A stretch of 64,000 nucleotides of DNA from NCBI GenBank assembly GCA_963662285.2, contig CAXXMV010000002.1:160001-224000 (forward strand), in the 5' to 3' direction. Below are positions 10,292-20,498 of this stretch, one piece after another (within the stretch, counting starts at the first letter, position 1; each line of letters begins with the position of its first letter). Origin of the DNA: a bacterium. Lineage in GTDB: Bacteria > Hinthialibacterota > Hinthialibacteria > Hinthialibacterales > Hinthialibacteraceae. The position numbers and the translations under genes were made by a program. Below the pieces are notes generated by a model, which saw nothing but the letters and a program-made list of their open reading frames with translations, was not told where the DNA came from and searched no databases.

Positions 10292-10332
10292 GGTGGTTTT
10301 CAAGGGTAGAAAATACACTACCCTTGGCACCC
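10292..10332. repeat. REP-like family B
   Basis: GGTGGTTTTCAAGGGTAGAAAATACACTACCCTTGGCACCC. Confidence 0.88.
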
Positions 10333-10520
10333 TGCGAAGGCAAAACCACGATCCGCTTCGAGCAACTGACCGAAGCCTCACCCTTCCAGAAGCACGTCTT
10401 TAACCTGCTCGGAATCAAGCCATGAACTATTGTACCCAGTAACGCTACATTTTAAATCGCAACTAACTTCTCGAAATATCATGGCTTAGGTGCGATTTCA
10501 CGCTGGAACTTCGGCTTAAG
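10333..10520 (+). mobile_element. 3' remnant of an insertion sequence (IS1634-like): transposase C-terminus plus right end
   Basis: Frame reads CEGKTTIRFEQLTEASPFQKHVFNLLGIKP*, resembling the T.P.P.Q..AF.LL tail of IS1634 transposases; ends GGAACTTCGGCTTAAG. Family assigned from recall. Confidence 0.55.
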
Positions 10521-10605
10521 TTTCTTTGATTTTTGTCTTGACAAAGGGGTACACTTCATCTAATGTCCGATAATACTTTATTATCAAAGCATAGAGGATA
10601 GGGTA

Positions 10606-11238
10606 ATGTTTCTGGGAAAGAAAAATTTATGTTTAATAATAATTTCGCTTGTTACATTATTTTCATCTTGTGAATCTTCCCAAACAAAAGAAAATATTAA
10701 ATTTGATGAACTACAAGATGAAGAACGTCTGCAGATCGCAGCACAGAAAAAAGCGTTTCAAGAGAAGATCTATAGAAGAACTATTTATGATTTTATTCAT
10801 TTCATGAATAATAACCAAAAGAAATGGAAATTTCGATTAAACAAAATAATAACTATTGGAATTGCAGATAAAAACCATTTCTCGGTAAAAGATATGGGTA
10901 AAAAACCATATTCAAGTTATGTTTCTATTTGGACATTATTTGCTAAAAATATATCAGACAATATAGATATTGATTTAGTGGTTCATGGATTTGCTGATAT
11001 AGATACATTAAAATATGGTTGGTATTCATTTATATTAGGTAATGCATGGAGTGGTATTGTTAAGGGAGAAAAAGTTGATTTTTTTTCAGAGAAAGAAAAA
11101 TTCATTGAAATAACGGATTTTAATAAGCATTTAAATTCTGCCCTCAATGCATTCCATGATACTTATTTTAATAGAAATGATTTTTATAACGAGTCAATTG
11201 AAGATAATATGTTATATAATCCGATTTTCTCAAATTAG
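10606..11238 (+). CDS. hypothetical lipoprotein (AT-rich)
   Basis: Lipobox FSSC after a hydrophobic stretch; GAGGA RBS. Confidence 0.65.
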   Translation: MFLGKKNLCLIIISLVTLFSSCESSQTKENIKFDELQDEERLQIAAQKKAFQEKIYRRTIYDFIHFMNNNQKKWKFRLNKIITIGIADKNHFSVKDMGKKPYSSYVSIWTLFAKNISDNIDIDLVVHGFADIDTLKYGWYSFILGNAWSGIVKGEKVDFFSEKEKFIEITDFNKHLNSALNAFHDTYFNRNDFYNESIEDNMLYNPIFSN

Positions 11239-11660
11239 TTAATCGACTGAAAACAATCGACTACTATATAACCAATAGTGGCCTGGAAATCTAAAAAAAA
11301 TGTGCGGAGAGGAATATTCACTCCCGCACGTGCTGGATTTATACTCCAATATTAGTTGTACATCCTGAAAATCAAAAAATATTGTGCGGGGGAACATTGA
11401 CACTAAATGCGTCGGTGTTTGGTGCCCCCCTCCCCCGCCCGGAAAAAGAGAACCCAATAGGAAGAAAAAACTGGCTGGATGGCAACGGCAAGTTTTCTTT
11501 GCCCTTAATTTGAATACCGAGCGATGCTTGTTTAATATTACGCCATTGATACGACTCCGTTACGCTTCGCTTGCCCTTGCCACCCTACCGCTTTAATGGT
11601 AGTGGATTTAGGGATAATCTTCGCTTTTAGCCTATCATACGCGTAGAATATTTAACATAA

Positions 11661-11700
11661 TAAAGCCCGGTGGATGTTACAATTCCCACCGGGCTTTATT
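11661..11700 (-). terminator. intrinsic terminator (possibly bidirectional)
   Basis: TAAAGCCCGGTGG...CCACCGGGCTTTA hairpin just past the stop codon at 11727. Confidence 0.75.
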
Positions 11701-11726
11701 TATTTTGCTGTTAGCGTGAAAACAGA

Positions 11727-13091
11727 TTAAAAATCTAATCCCCAGCCTTTACGGTATTTCTTTGTTACAAATTCATTGGCGGCGCGGTTGTTGGTCACTT
11801 CCATTTTTTCGGCATCCCATAATAGTTTGCCTGGACACCGCAGAGACAGGTTGCCAAGAACGATGACCTCGCTGAACGGTCCGGAATAATCGAAATTCGA
11901 GCAAGCCGCTACGCCGCCTTTACAGGCCTGGAGCCAGTCCACTGTATGACCAAATGAGCGTGGAATACTTTTTTGAGGCATTTTGTAATCTTTGTTCATT
12001 TCATCAGAGACAAAGCGCGTATCGCCGCCATACTCGCCTGTTGTAAGAACGCCTTTTTCGCCGACGAAATATGAACCATTGTCTCCATCACCGAGTTTCG
12101 TATCTGGTCCGGCTCCTGCCGGGCGGGGAGGCTTCAAACCGCCATCATACCAATAGACGGTAACAGGTTTCAGGCCATAACGCGCTGGAAACTCATATTT
12201 AACAATAGATTTTGTGGGCGCCGTTTGATCGTTTTTAGCATCCTGCCGGAGACATTCGATGCTAATTGGAGTTCCCAGGCGAAGCGCCCAATTGGCCGGA
12301 TCCATGATATGGCAACCCATGTCGCCGAGAGCTCCACAGCCGAAATCCCACCAGCCGCGCCAATTAAATGGCGCATAGTCTTTATTGTACGGACGTTCGG
12401 GAGCTGTACCCAACCAGAGATTCCAATCCATTGTTTCAGGAGTTGGTTGCTTGGGTAGTGGAGTAACAACGCCTTGAGGCCAGACCGGACGATTAGTCCA
12501 AATATGAGCTTCTGTAATAGGACCGATAGCGCCATCCCATACCATTTCACAAAGTTGTCGAACGCCTTCACCGGAATGGCCTTGGTTGCCCATTTGAGTG
12601 GCGACCTTATATTCCCGTGCGGCTTTAGTCAGTTCACGTGCTTCATACACGGTATGAGTCAAAGGTTTTTGAACATATACGTGGATGCCGCGCCGGATGC
12701 AAGCCATGGCGGCAGGCGCATGAGTATGATCCGGTGTGGAGACAGTACATGCGTCTATATGCTTTTCTTTATCCAGCATCTCGCGGTAATCTTTGTACTT
12801 TTTGGCATCAGGAAACTTTCTGAATGTATCTGCCGCCCGATCCCAATCGACATCACATAAAGCGACGATATTTTCACCGGCATCGGCGCAATTCCCGATA
12901 TCCGAACTACCTTTGCCGCCAGAACCGATGGCTGCCACATTCAGTTTTCCATTGGGTGATTGATAGCCCAGGCGCTTGAGTGAAGGGATGCGTGCGGTCT
13001 TCGTAGAACGATCCCCGGTTGTTGCGCAACCGGCCATTGCGATACTGGCGCCCATCAAAAATATACGTCGTGAAACTTCTGTTTTACTCAT
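11727..13091 (-). CDS. Gfo/Idh/MocA oxidoreductase, Tat-exported (possible lipoprotein)
   Basis: SRRIFL Tat motif and MAGC; IGSGGKG, TPDHTH, VQKPL, GDMGCH; start 13091 has an AGGAGA RBS. Confidence 0.88.
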   Translation of the reverse strand: MSKTEVSRRIFLMGASIAMAGCATTGDRSTKTARIPSLKRLGYQSPNGKLNVAAIGSGGKGSSDIGNCADAGENIVALCDVDWDRAADTFRKFPDAKKYKDYREMLDKEKHIDACTVSTPDHTHAPAAMACIRRGIHVYVQKPLTHTVYEARELTKAAREYKVATQMGNQGHSGEGVRQLCEMVWDGAIGPITEAHIWTNRPVWPQGVVTPLPKQPTPETMDWNLWLGTAPERPYNKDYAPFNWRGWWDFGCGALGDMGCHIMDPANWALRLGTPISIECLRQDAKNDQTAPTKSIVKYEFPARYGLKPVTVYWYDGGLKPPRPAGAGPDTKLGDGDNGSYFVGEKGVLTTGEYGGDTRFVSDEMNKDYKMPQKSIPRSFGHTVDWLQACKGGVAACSNFDYSGPFSEVIVLGNLSLRCPGKLLWDAEKMEVTNNRAANEFVTKKYRKGWGLDF

Positions 13092-13333
13092 TGTTTCTAT
13101 TCTCCTATCCATTTAGTTGATGAAGTGAAAAAAAAATCAATCATAAAGTTAACTTTTTGAGTTAATCGTTATAATTATTTTCTTCATTCTTTTTATTTAA
13201 CTTATCAAAAATAGCTACATTATTCCAGCGTTATGCAATTTCCTGAAATAAATTACCATAATAAATATAATTCATTGTATTTACGCTAAAGAACTTCATA
13301 TCCCTGGCCTTTACGCTTGGTGGAGAGGAGACT

Positions 13334-14524
13334 TTATACCTGCTCGATTTTAATGGCGTCTACCACAAATATCTCCCCCTTTTCTGTATGGGGCGATAAT
13401 TCTAAAGAATAAGTTCCTTCGTGAAAATCATTTATTAATAATTGAGTCCAACCGTTTTTAATACGATTGGGAATTTTGCCTATTTTTATTGTTTTACCGG
13501 TAGAATATTTTATCCGCCAGCATCCAGAATTTAGGGTAGATATTTGTCCATGATCTATTATAGCCGGGGTCCAGATAGATATCTGATATTGCCCGTGGGT
13601 TTTGATAGAGAAATCCAGTACATACGGCGCTTCGGTTTTTTTTGTTTCTAAATATGAATAGCCATATAATCCTTTCGGGATAGAAGGATCGCTTTTTACC
13701 AAATTCCATTCATCATTCCAGGCGCCTTGGGCTTCATCGTAGATAGCCAGTTTTGCGCGTACTTTTTCTAAATCAACGCCCAGTTTGCAGCATACCATGG
13801 CTTGATCGAATAATTGGCAGATGGTGGTTCTGGGGATGGCGTAAGGATTGGATTGCTTGTCGATTCGGGCGTTAGGGCTGGCAATAAAACCAGCTGCATA
13901 TTTATTCTCTTGAACGGAATGGATTATCCGTTCATTGCATTTTCCGAAAGGATATGAGATAGATTTAACGCCGGTAAATCCATTGGTTCGTAAATCAGTT
14001 AGAGATTGTTGTAATTCAAACTCCAGCGTCTTATCGTCAATTTCCAGAAAGTCATTATGATTTACGCTATGCGAATGTATTTGCCAGCGGCCAGAATTCT
14101 CTAATTGATGCAGGTCATCCCAGGTGCAGTATTTGGGGCGCCCTTGTTCGATGCAGCCCGTAGCGACAAAAGATGCGGCGCACATATCGTATTGCTTGAG
14201 GATGGGATCTGCGTAGTCAATAGCGCCGAACCAGCCATCATCAAAGGTGATGACAATATAATTATTCTCTGGAATATTCTTGTTTTTCAAACATTCAATT
14301 ATTTTATCTATTGAAATCGTTTGTTTGCCGCCGATGCGGATCATTTTTATGACGTCGCGGAAATAATCCGGCGAAACGCAGGGACCGTGTAAATGATCAG
14401 GAGACACTTGGTGAAAGATCACTGAATAGATAACGTTTTCAGATTCTTTGGATGATGAACATCCTTCAATTAGTAATACAATTAATGACAGAAGCCATAA
14501 AAGTAATAACGATGTTATGCGCAT
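13334..14524 (-). CDS. polysaccharide deacetylase (NodB/CE4) lipoprotein with a C-terminal beta-sandwich domain
   Basis: ITFDDG, HSHSVNH and SYPFG motifs; IEGC lipobox; VVDAIKI terminus. Confidence 0.82.
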   Translation of the reverse strand: MRITSLLLLWLLSLIVLLIEGCSSSKESENVIYSVIFHQVSPDHLHGPCVSPDYFRDVIKMIRIGGKQTISIDKIIECLKNKNIPENNYIVITFDDGWFGAIDYADPILKQYDMCAASFVATGCIEQGRPKYCTWDDLHQLENSGRWQIHSHSVNHNDFLEIDDKTLEFELQQSLTDLRTNGFTGVKSISYPFGKCNERIIHSVQENKYAAGFIASPNARIDKQSNPYAIPRTTICQLFDQAMVCCKLGVDLEKVRAKLAIYDEAQGAWNDEWNLVKSDPSIPKGLYGYSYLETKKTEAPYVLDFSIKTHGQYQISIWTPAIIDHGQISTLNSGCWRIKYSTGKTIKIGKIPNRIKNGWTQLLINDFHEGTYSLELSPHTEKGEIFVVDAIKIEQV

Positions 14525-14561
14525 TTTTCCGATGATGTCAAAGAATATTTTAGTGGTTTTT

Positions 14562-14594
14562 GGTGGGCTACACTTCGTTTTTAGCCCACCCTAC
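14562..14594. repeat. REP-like family C
   Basis: GGTGGGCTA-loop-TAGCCCACCCTAC; near-identical to 27203-27235. Confidence 0.85.
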
Positions 14595-14599
14595 CTGAT

Positions 14600-17500
14600 C
14601 TATTGCTTCCTCCGATAATTGCCGTTGCCGCCTTTTCCGTTTTTTCCCCATCCATTTTTTCCCCGGTTGTTGATCGGCGCCAGATTGACGCTGGTAAATG
14701 ACACTGCATCATCTGCAAGGATATCTTCCAGAGAACGTTTCAGTTGAAGGCTGGGCTGAACTTTGGAATTTAATTTATAATCGACCACTCCTATATCTGG
14801 AACATTGACATGCAGTACAACCTCGATTTCTCCGGGAGTATAGAGCAGCTGTCCTTTAATGTTAAAAATCTTTTCTTCATCAAAATCATCGGTGGAAATA
14901 TTAACATGCATTTCGCGGATATATTGGTTCCAGGATTCCTCGAAAGTGTAGATGTTGTTGGCCCGGACCGATATTTGATCGCCTCTCTGATTGGCTTGTC
15001 CCTCGACAACCAGGAAAGATTCATCGATTAGTATGGATTCTTTATCGGTCAGCAGATCAGGCATGATGGCGATTTCAACCGTGCCGCTCATATCTTCGAG
15101 CTGCATCAGAGCCATTATGTCGCCGCTTTTAATTTTTTTCTTTTTAACTTCAGAAGCGATGCCGGCGATTCGAACCCGACCCAGTTCTTTCTTTTCGGCC
15201 AGGTCTCCCGCCTGGTCAGTAGCAAAGACGGAAATTTCGGTTTCGTGTTCTTTGAGGGGATGTCCGGTAATGTATATACCCAGGAACTTCTTCTCATCCT
15301 TAAGAATTTCGCTTTGCTTTAATTCGGGGAGAATGATAATAGCATCGTCAGTCTCATCTTCTTCATCAAATATGTCGCCGAATAGGGAATCCTGACCGAC
15401 GGCTTTGTCTTTTAGTAATCCCTGGGCGCGTTCTATCGCTGCGGGATAGGCGTCGAGCAGCGAGGCGTGGGTATGATTAAACGAATCCATTGCGCCAGAC
15501 CGGATAAGACCTTCGAGCAGAGATTTATTGAGTAGTTTCTGTTCGGCTCTTTCACAAAAATCGAACAATGAATTGTAGGCGCCATTGCGTTTTCTTTCGG
15601 CAATGATGCTGCGCACCGCAACGGCGCCAACGCTTTTGATTGCCGCAAGACCGAAGCGGATGCCATCATCGGTAACAGTGAAAATTTCTTTTGATTGATT
15701 AATGTCAGGCGGCAGCACCTCGATGCCGTGATCTTTACAATCCTGGACGTATCGAACAATTTTGTTGGTGTCATTCATGTCTGTGGTTAGCAGAGAGGCC
15801 AGGAAAGCGTCCGGGTATTGAGCCTTCAAGAAAGCGGTTCGGTAAGTAATTACGGCGTAGGCCGCGCTGTGTGATTTGTTGAAGCCGTAACCGGCGAACT
15901 TGAAGATTAGGCTCCAGAGGCGTTGGGCGATAGAGAGGGCGACATTCTTCTCTTTGGCGCCCTGGTAGAAATCCTTTTCCATGGCGTTGAGGATGGCTTC
16001 ATTCTTTTTGCCCATAGCACGCCGCATCAAGTCGGCTTGCCCGAGAGAGAAGCCCGCGATGACGTTGGCGATCTGCATGACCTGTTCCTGGTAGAGAATG
16101 ATGCCGTAGGTTTCACGCAGGATAGGTTCCAGGGTGGGGTGGTCGTAGACGATTTCAGCTTCGCCTTTTTTTCGTTTGATAAAATCATCCACCATGCCGC
16201 TGCCCAGGGGGCCTGGCCGGTAGAGAGCCAGTAGAGCCACGATATCGCTGAAGGTTTCGGGTTCGAGCTGGCGTAGAATTTCCTTCATGCCGGTTGATTC
16301 AAGCTGAAAGACGCCGTTGGTTTTGGCTTTGGCGAGCAACTCGAAGGTCTTTTTATCATCCATGGGGATGGCGCGAATATCGAAATCAGGTTTATAGCGT
16401 TCTTTGATGTTATCTACCGCGCCATCGATTACAGAGAGGTTTTTGAGGCCGAGAAAGTCCATCTTGAGCAGACCGATGGATTCCAGCATCTTCATCTCGT
16501 ATTGGGTTGCGATATCTTCATCTTTATTGGCGCCTCGCATCAGCGGGGTAAATTTGCAGAGGTCATCCGGCGCGATAATGATGCCGGCGGCGTGGGTGGA
16601 GGTTTGCCGCACCATGCCTTCGATGGAAAGGGCGTGTTGGAATAGTTCTTTATGAAGCTCGTCCTGATCGCGGATGCGGCGCAGTTCAGCGACCTCATCC
16701 AACGCCTGGTCGAGGGTTACTCCCAGGCCTTCGGGGATTAATTTTGATATGCGGTCGCCTTCAGATGGAGGAAGACCCAGCACCCGTGAAACGTCGCGTA
16801 CGGCGTTTTTGGCGCCGATAGTGCCGAAGGTGGCGATTTGGGATACGCGGTCTTTACCATATTTTTCGTAGGTATAGCGGATAACCTCTTCACGGCGTTT
16901 GTCGGAGAAGTCGGTATCAATATCAGGCGGTGAGATTCGTTCGGGATTAAGAAACCGCTCGAACAGCAGCCCATGCTCGAGGGGATCGATATCAGTGATG
17001 TAAAGGCTATAGGCTACGACGGAACCAGCAGCCGAGCCTCGACCCGGACCGACGGATATCTTTTCGCGCCGGGCGAAGTTCATGAAGTCCCAGGTAATGA
17101 GGAAGTATCCGGTAAAGTCCTGACCCAGAATAACTTCCAGTTCCTTCTCCAGTCGTTCTTCAATCGCAGTGGTTATTTCGCCGTAGCGTTCCTTGGCGCC
17201 CTGGTAAACCAGTTTACGCAGATAGTCTTCATGGGAGGTTTCCTCTGGCGGGATTTCATAGTTGGGCATGTGGAGTTTTTTGCCGTCGTATTTCAGTTCT
17301 ACATTGCATTTATCGGCGATTAGTTTGGTGTTTTCGATGGCGTCAAGAAATTCGGGTAACCCTTCTTTCATCTGTTCTTCAGATTTTACGTAAAGTTCCT
17401 GGGTTGATATCTTGAAGCGGTTGGGATCGTTTAAGGTTTTTTTGGTTCCGATGCAAATAAGGCAATCCTGGGTTTTTGCGTCTTTGGGATGTATATAATG

Positions 17501-18154
17501 AACGTCGGCGGTTGCCACCAGGGGTATGGAAAGCTCGTTGGATAATGTTCTTAGTCCCTCATTTACAATGAGTTGTTTATCTATGCCATTGCCTTGGACT
17601 TCGAGGTAAAAGTTTCCTTCCCCGAAGGTTTCGAGGTATTGTTGAGCAATTTCTTTGGCTTTATCGTAATTTCCTTCGAGAATAGCGGATGGAACCTCTC
17701 CCTTTAAGCAGGCGGATAGGCCGATCAAGCCTTTGGAGTATTTTTGCAGAACCTCGTGGTCGATGCGGGGTTTGTAGTAGAAACCTTCCAGCTGAGCGAT
17801 GGAGCTGAGCCGCATTATGTTCTGGTAGCCTTCTAAGTCCTTGGCTAGTAGAACTATATGATAAGCGGTGCGGTCGTTTAGGTCGTCGATCTGGGCGTCA
17901 TTGCGCGCTCCCTTGCGGTCAAAGCGGGAGCCGGGGGTTATGTATGATTCGACGCCTAGTATAGGTTGGATTCCCGCAGCGGTGGCTTTCTGGTAAAACT
18001 CCAGAGATCCATGCATTACGCCGTGGTCAGTGAGCGCCAAGTGGCTCATTTCTAATTCTTTAGCGCGTTCGATCAGTTTTTTTATTTTACAGGCGCCGTC
18101 GAGCAGGCTGTATTCTGAATGGACGTGAAGATGGGTGAAATTATTAGCAATCAT
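14600..18154 (-). CDS. dnaE: DNA polymerase III alpha subunit
   Basis: HLHVHSEYSLLDG PHP domain, GRGSAAGS, PDIDTD, KMDFLGL, YGFNKSH, C-terminal OB fold; no intein-sized insert; start 18154 has a GAGGGA RBS. Confidence 0.97.
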   Translation of the reverse strand: MIANNFTHLHVHSEYSLLDGACKIKKLIERAKELEMSHLALTDHGVMHGSLEFYQKATAAGIQPILGVESYITPGSRFDRKGARNDAQIDDLNDRTAYHIVLLAKDLEGYQNIMRLSSIAQLEGFYYKPRIDHEVLQKYSKGLIGLSACLKGEVPSAILEGNYDKAKEIAQQYLETFGEGNFYLEVQGNGIDKQLIVNEGLRTLSNELSIPLVATADVHYIHPKDAKTQDCLICIGTKKTLNDPNRFKISTQELYVKSEEQMKEGLPEFLDAIENTKLIADKCNVELKYDGKKLHMPNYEIPPEETSHEDYLRKLVYQGAKERYGEITTAIEERLEKELEVILGQDFTGYFLITWDFMNFARREKISVGPGRGSAAGSVVAYSLYITDIDPLEHGLLFERFLNPERISPPDIDTDFSDKRREEVIRYTYEKYGKDRVSQIATFGTIGAKNAVRDVSRVLGLPPSEGDRISKLIPEGLGVTLDQALDEVAELRRIRDQDELHKELFQHALSIEGMVRQTSTHAAGIIIAPDDLCKFTPLMRGANKDEDIATQYEMKMLESIGLLKMDFLGLKNLSVIDGAVDNIKERYKPDFDIRAIPMDDKKTFELLAKAKTNGVFQLESTGMKEILRQLEPETFSDIVALLALYRPGPLGSGMVDDFIKRKKGEAEIVYDHPTLEPILRETYGIILYQEQVMQIANVIAGFSLGQADLMRRAMGKKNEAILNAMEKDFYQGAKEKNVALSIAQRLWSLIFKFAGYGFNKSHSAAYAVITYRTAFLKAQYPDAFLASLLTTDMNDTNKIVRYVQDCKDHGIEVLPPDINQSKEIFTVTDDGIRFGLAAIKSVGAVAVRSIIAERKRNGAYNSLFDFCERAEQKLLNKSLLEGLIRSGAMDSFNHTHASLLDAYPAAIERAQGLLKDKAVGQDSLFGDIFDEEDETDDAIIILPELKQSEILKDEKKFLGIYITGHPLKEHETEISVFATDQAGDLAEKKELGRVRIAGIASEVKKKKIKSGDIMALMQLEDMSGTVEIAIMPDLLTDKESILIDESFLVVEGQANQRGDQISVRANNIYTFEESWNQYIREMHVNISTDDFDEEKIFNIKGQLLYTPGEIEVVLHVNVPDIGVVDYKLNSKVQPSLQLKRSLEDILADDAVSFTSVNLAPINNRGKNGWGKNGKGGNGNYRRKQ

Positions 18155-18258
18155 TAAATATCCCTCAACCAAAAGCTCAAAAATAAAAGTGAAAATAATA
18201 AATAATTCGCTTGCGGCGTGAAAAATGGTGTAGCTATATGGAATTATATTATCTTGTT

Positions 18259-18286
18259 ATCATAATTATATGCTGGTTGATGTCAA
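18259..18286 (-). promoter_or_regulatory. sigma70-type promoter for dnaE
   Basis: Minus-strand TTGACA, 16-bp spacer, TATGAT. Confidence 0.5.
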
Positions 18287-18331
18287 GAAAACACTATTCC
18301 GAACATAAAAGCAGAAAGTAATATTTTTACC

Positions 18332-19732
18332 ATGAATGAAAGCACTCGATATAACCTGATCGTTATCGGCTCTGGTCCGGGGGGGTATGTTGCGGCGATA
18401 CGCGCGGCTCAATTGGGGATGAAAACCGCTGTTGTTGAGCGGGATCAACCGGGCGGGATTTGTCTGAATTGGGGATGCATCCCGACTAAAGCGTTGCTCA
18501 AAAGCGCGTCTTTGTATGAATCGATTAAGAATGGCGGCGCTTTCGGCTTGAAGATCGAAGGAGCGTCTTTTAATTTGGAAGAAATTGTACAGCGCAGCCG
18601 TGATGTATCGGGCGGCATTGTTAAGGGCGTTGCGTATTTGTTGAAGAAGCATGACGTCACGCTGATTAAGGGCGACGCTTCGCTGGCTTCGGCTAATTCA
18701 GTTTTGGTTAAGACGGACGGCGATTCAAGCGTTTTGGAAGCAGATAACATTATTATTGCATCGGGGGCGCGTACGCGGCAATTGCCCGGTATGGAGCTGG
18801 ATGGCGAGCGGATTATATCCAGTAAAGAAGCCATGACGCTTAAGACTCTGCCTAGTAAAATGGCCATTATCGGCGCCGGGCCGATTGGGATGGAGTTTGC
18901 TTATTTTTTCCAGGCGCTGGGTTCGCAGGTTACTATTCTTGAAGCGATGGAGCGCATTCTTCCGGTTGAGGATATTGATGTTTCAAAAACCGTTGCGCGG
19001 GCGTTCAAACGCCGCAAAGTGAAGATTGAGACCAGCGCCAAGGTGGAGCATATCGAGCGTGATGGAGAGACGGTTCGAATCAATTATGAATCTAAAGGTA
19101 AGAGTAAGACCATTGACGCGGATATTGCAATAGTTGCGATAGGCGTTTCGCCGAATGTTGAAACTCTTGGATTAGATAAAGTAGGCGTTGATACATATAA
19201 ATCGGGTATCAGGGTTAATGAGAATATGCAGAGCAGCGTTCCTTCGATTTATGCTATCGGGGATGTTAACGGGCCGCCGTGGTTGGCGCATGTGGCTTCG
19301 GCTGAGGGGGTGCATGCGGTGGAGTATATTGCGGGGAAGAATCCTGTTGCTATCAATTATGACGCCGTTCCCGGATGCATCTACTGCGAGCCGCAGGCGG
19401 CCAGCGTGGGTTATAGTGAAGAGAGGGCGCAGCAGGATGGCATTATGTATACCAAGGGTGAGTTCTCTTTCAAAGCCAGCGGTCGGGCTATCGCTTCGGG
19501 ACACGCTGATGGAATGGTGAAACTGCTTTTTGAAAAAGAGCATGGCGCCTTGATCGGCGGGCATATTGTAGGCGGAGAAGCCACCGAGATGATTCATGAA
19601 CTGGTTCTGGGAGTAAGTTTGAAGAGTACGGCTGAAGATATTGGCAGGGCTATTCATGCTCATCCAACCTATGGAGAATCTATCATGGAAGCGGCGCTGG
19701 ATGCTTTAGGAGAACGGATTCATGGCGTTTGA
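18332..19732 (+). CDS. lpdA: dihydrolipoyl dehydrogenase
   Basis: GSGPGGY, CLNWGCIP redox disulfide, HAHPT..E. Confidence 0.95.
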   Translation: MNESTRYNLIVIGSGPGGYVAAIRAAQLGMKTAVVERDQPGGICLNWGCIPTKALLKSASLYESIKNGGAFGLKIEGASFNLEEIVQRSRDVSGGIVKGVAYLLKKHDVTLIKGDASLASANSVLVKTDGDSSVLEADNIIIASGARTRQLPGMELDGERIISSKEAMTLKTLPSKMAIIGAGPIGMEFAYFFQALGSQVTILEAMERILPVEDIDVSKTVARAFKRRKVKIETSAKVEHIERDGETVRINYESKGKSKTIDADIAIVAIGVSPNVETLGLDKVGVDTYKSGIRVNENMQSSVPSIYAIGDVNGPPWLAHVASAEGVHAVEYIAGKNPVAINYDAVPGCIYCEPQAASVGYSEERAQQDGIMYTKGEFSFKASGRAIASGHADGMVKLLFEKEHGALIGGHIVGGEATEMIHELVLGVSLKSTAEDIGRAIHAHPTYGESIMEAALDALGERIHGV

Positions 19733-20372
19733 TGACGGGAATCCTGTTCCGATATTAAAAATTGATGCATCTGTTCCCTATCAGGAAGTTGCGATGCTGC
19801 AGGAAGAATTGGTTTCGCAGGCCAAAGAGACGCTGGTGTTTTGTGAACATGCACCCACCATAACAATGGGAATATCAGCGAAATCTTCTGACCTGGCGTT
19901 TGCGCCGGATTATTATGAGCGCCTGGGGGTGACGCTGGTTAAGAGTCCACGCGGGGGGGAAGCAACTTTTCATGGCCCGGGACAGCTGGTGTGTTATCCT
20001 ATAATTAATTTGCGTAAACGTGGTATGACGATTCACGCTTACTTGAAATTTTTGGAATCTTTAATGATTGAGATATGCTCCGCCTATGGCATTAAGGCGC
20101 ATAGCGTTGATGGTAAAGCCGGTTGCTGGGTGGAAGATAGAAAGATTGGCTTTATCGGCGTCAGGGTGCGCAGAGGTTTTTCTTTTCATGGTTTTTCGCT
20201 TAATATTAAACCGCAGCAGGAAGCTTTCAAGATGATCGTGCCGTGCGGCATGCCGGATTTGGAGATTACCTCTTTTCAAGAAGAGATGGGTAAGGCTCCG
20301 CTTGATCTTTGGGATGTTGTTGAAGAAGTTGAGAGATTGTTTTTTGATTTTGAAGATACGCGGGTAGTTTAG
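19722..20372 (+). CDS. lipB: lipoyl(octanoyl) transferase
   Basis: CEH, RGGEATFHGPGQLVCYP, RKI..IG, HGFSLN, IVPCG. Confidence 0.93.
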   Translation: MAFDDGNPVPILKIDASVPYQEVAMLQEELVSQAKETLVFCEHAPTITMGISAKSSDLAFAPDYYERLGVTLVKSPRGGEATFHGPGQLVCYPIINLRKRGMTIHAYLKFLESLMIEICSAYGIKAHSVDGKAGCWVEDRKIGFIGVRVRRGFSFHGFSLNIKPQQEAFKMIVPCGMPDLEITSFQEEMGKAPLDLWDVVEEVERLFFDFEDTRVV

Positions 20373-20400
20373 GCCGCCCACGAGAGGTAATGACATTACT

Positions 20401-20449
20401 GGGTGGCAAGGGCAAGACCGCAATGCGGTCAGCCCTTGATCAAACCACC
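20401..20449. repeat. REP-like family B' (reverse orientation)
   Basis: GGGTGGCAAGGGCAAGACCGCAATGCGGTCAGCCCTTGATCAAACCACC is essentially the reverse complement of 60608-60656. Confidence 0.88.
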
Positions 20450-20498
20450 AACGATAGGGTGAAATTTAAGAACCTAAAAATAATAGGGTATTGATAAA

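Noticed and set aside
9695-11640. Integron cassette array with attC sites
   Set aside because: The hairpins lack RYYYAAC/GTTRRRY cores and no integron integrase is present.
14600-18154. Intein or split in dnaE
   Set aside because: Length and motifs are continuous, with no intein-sized insertion.
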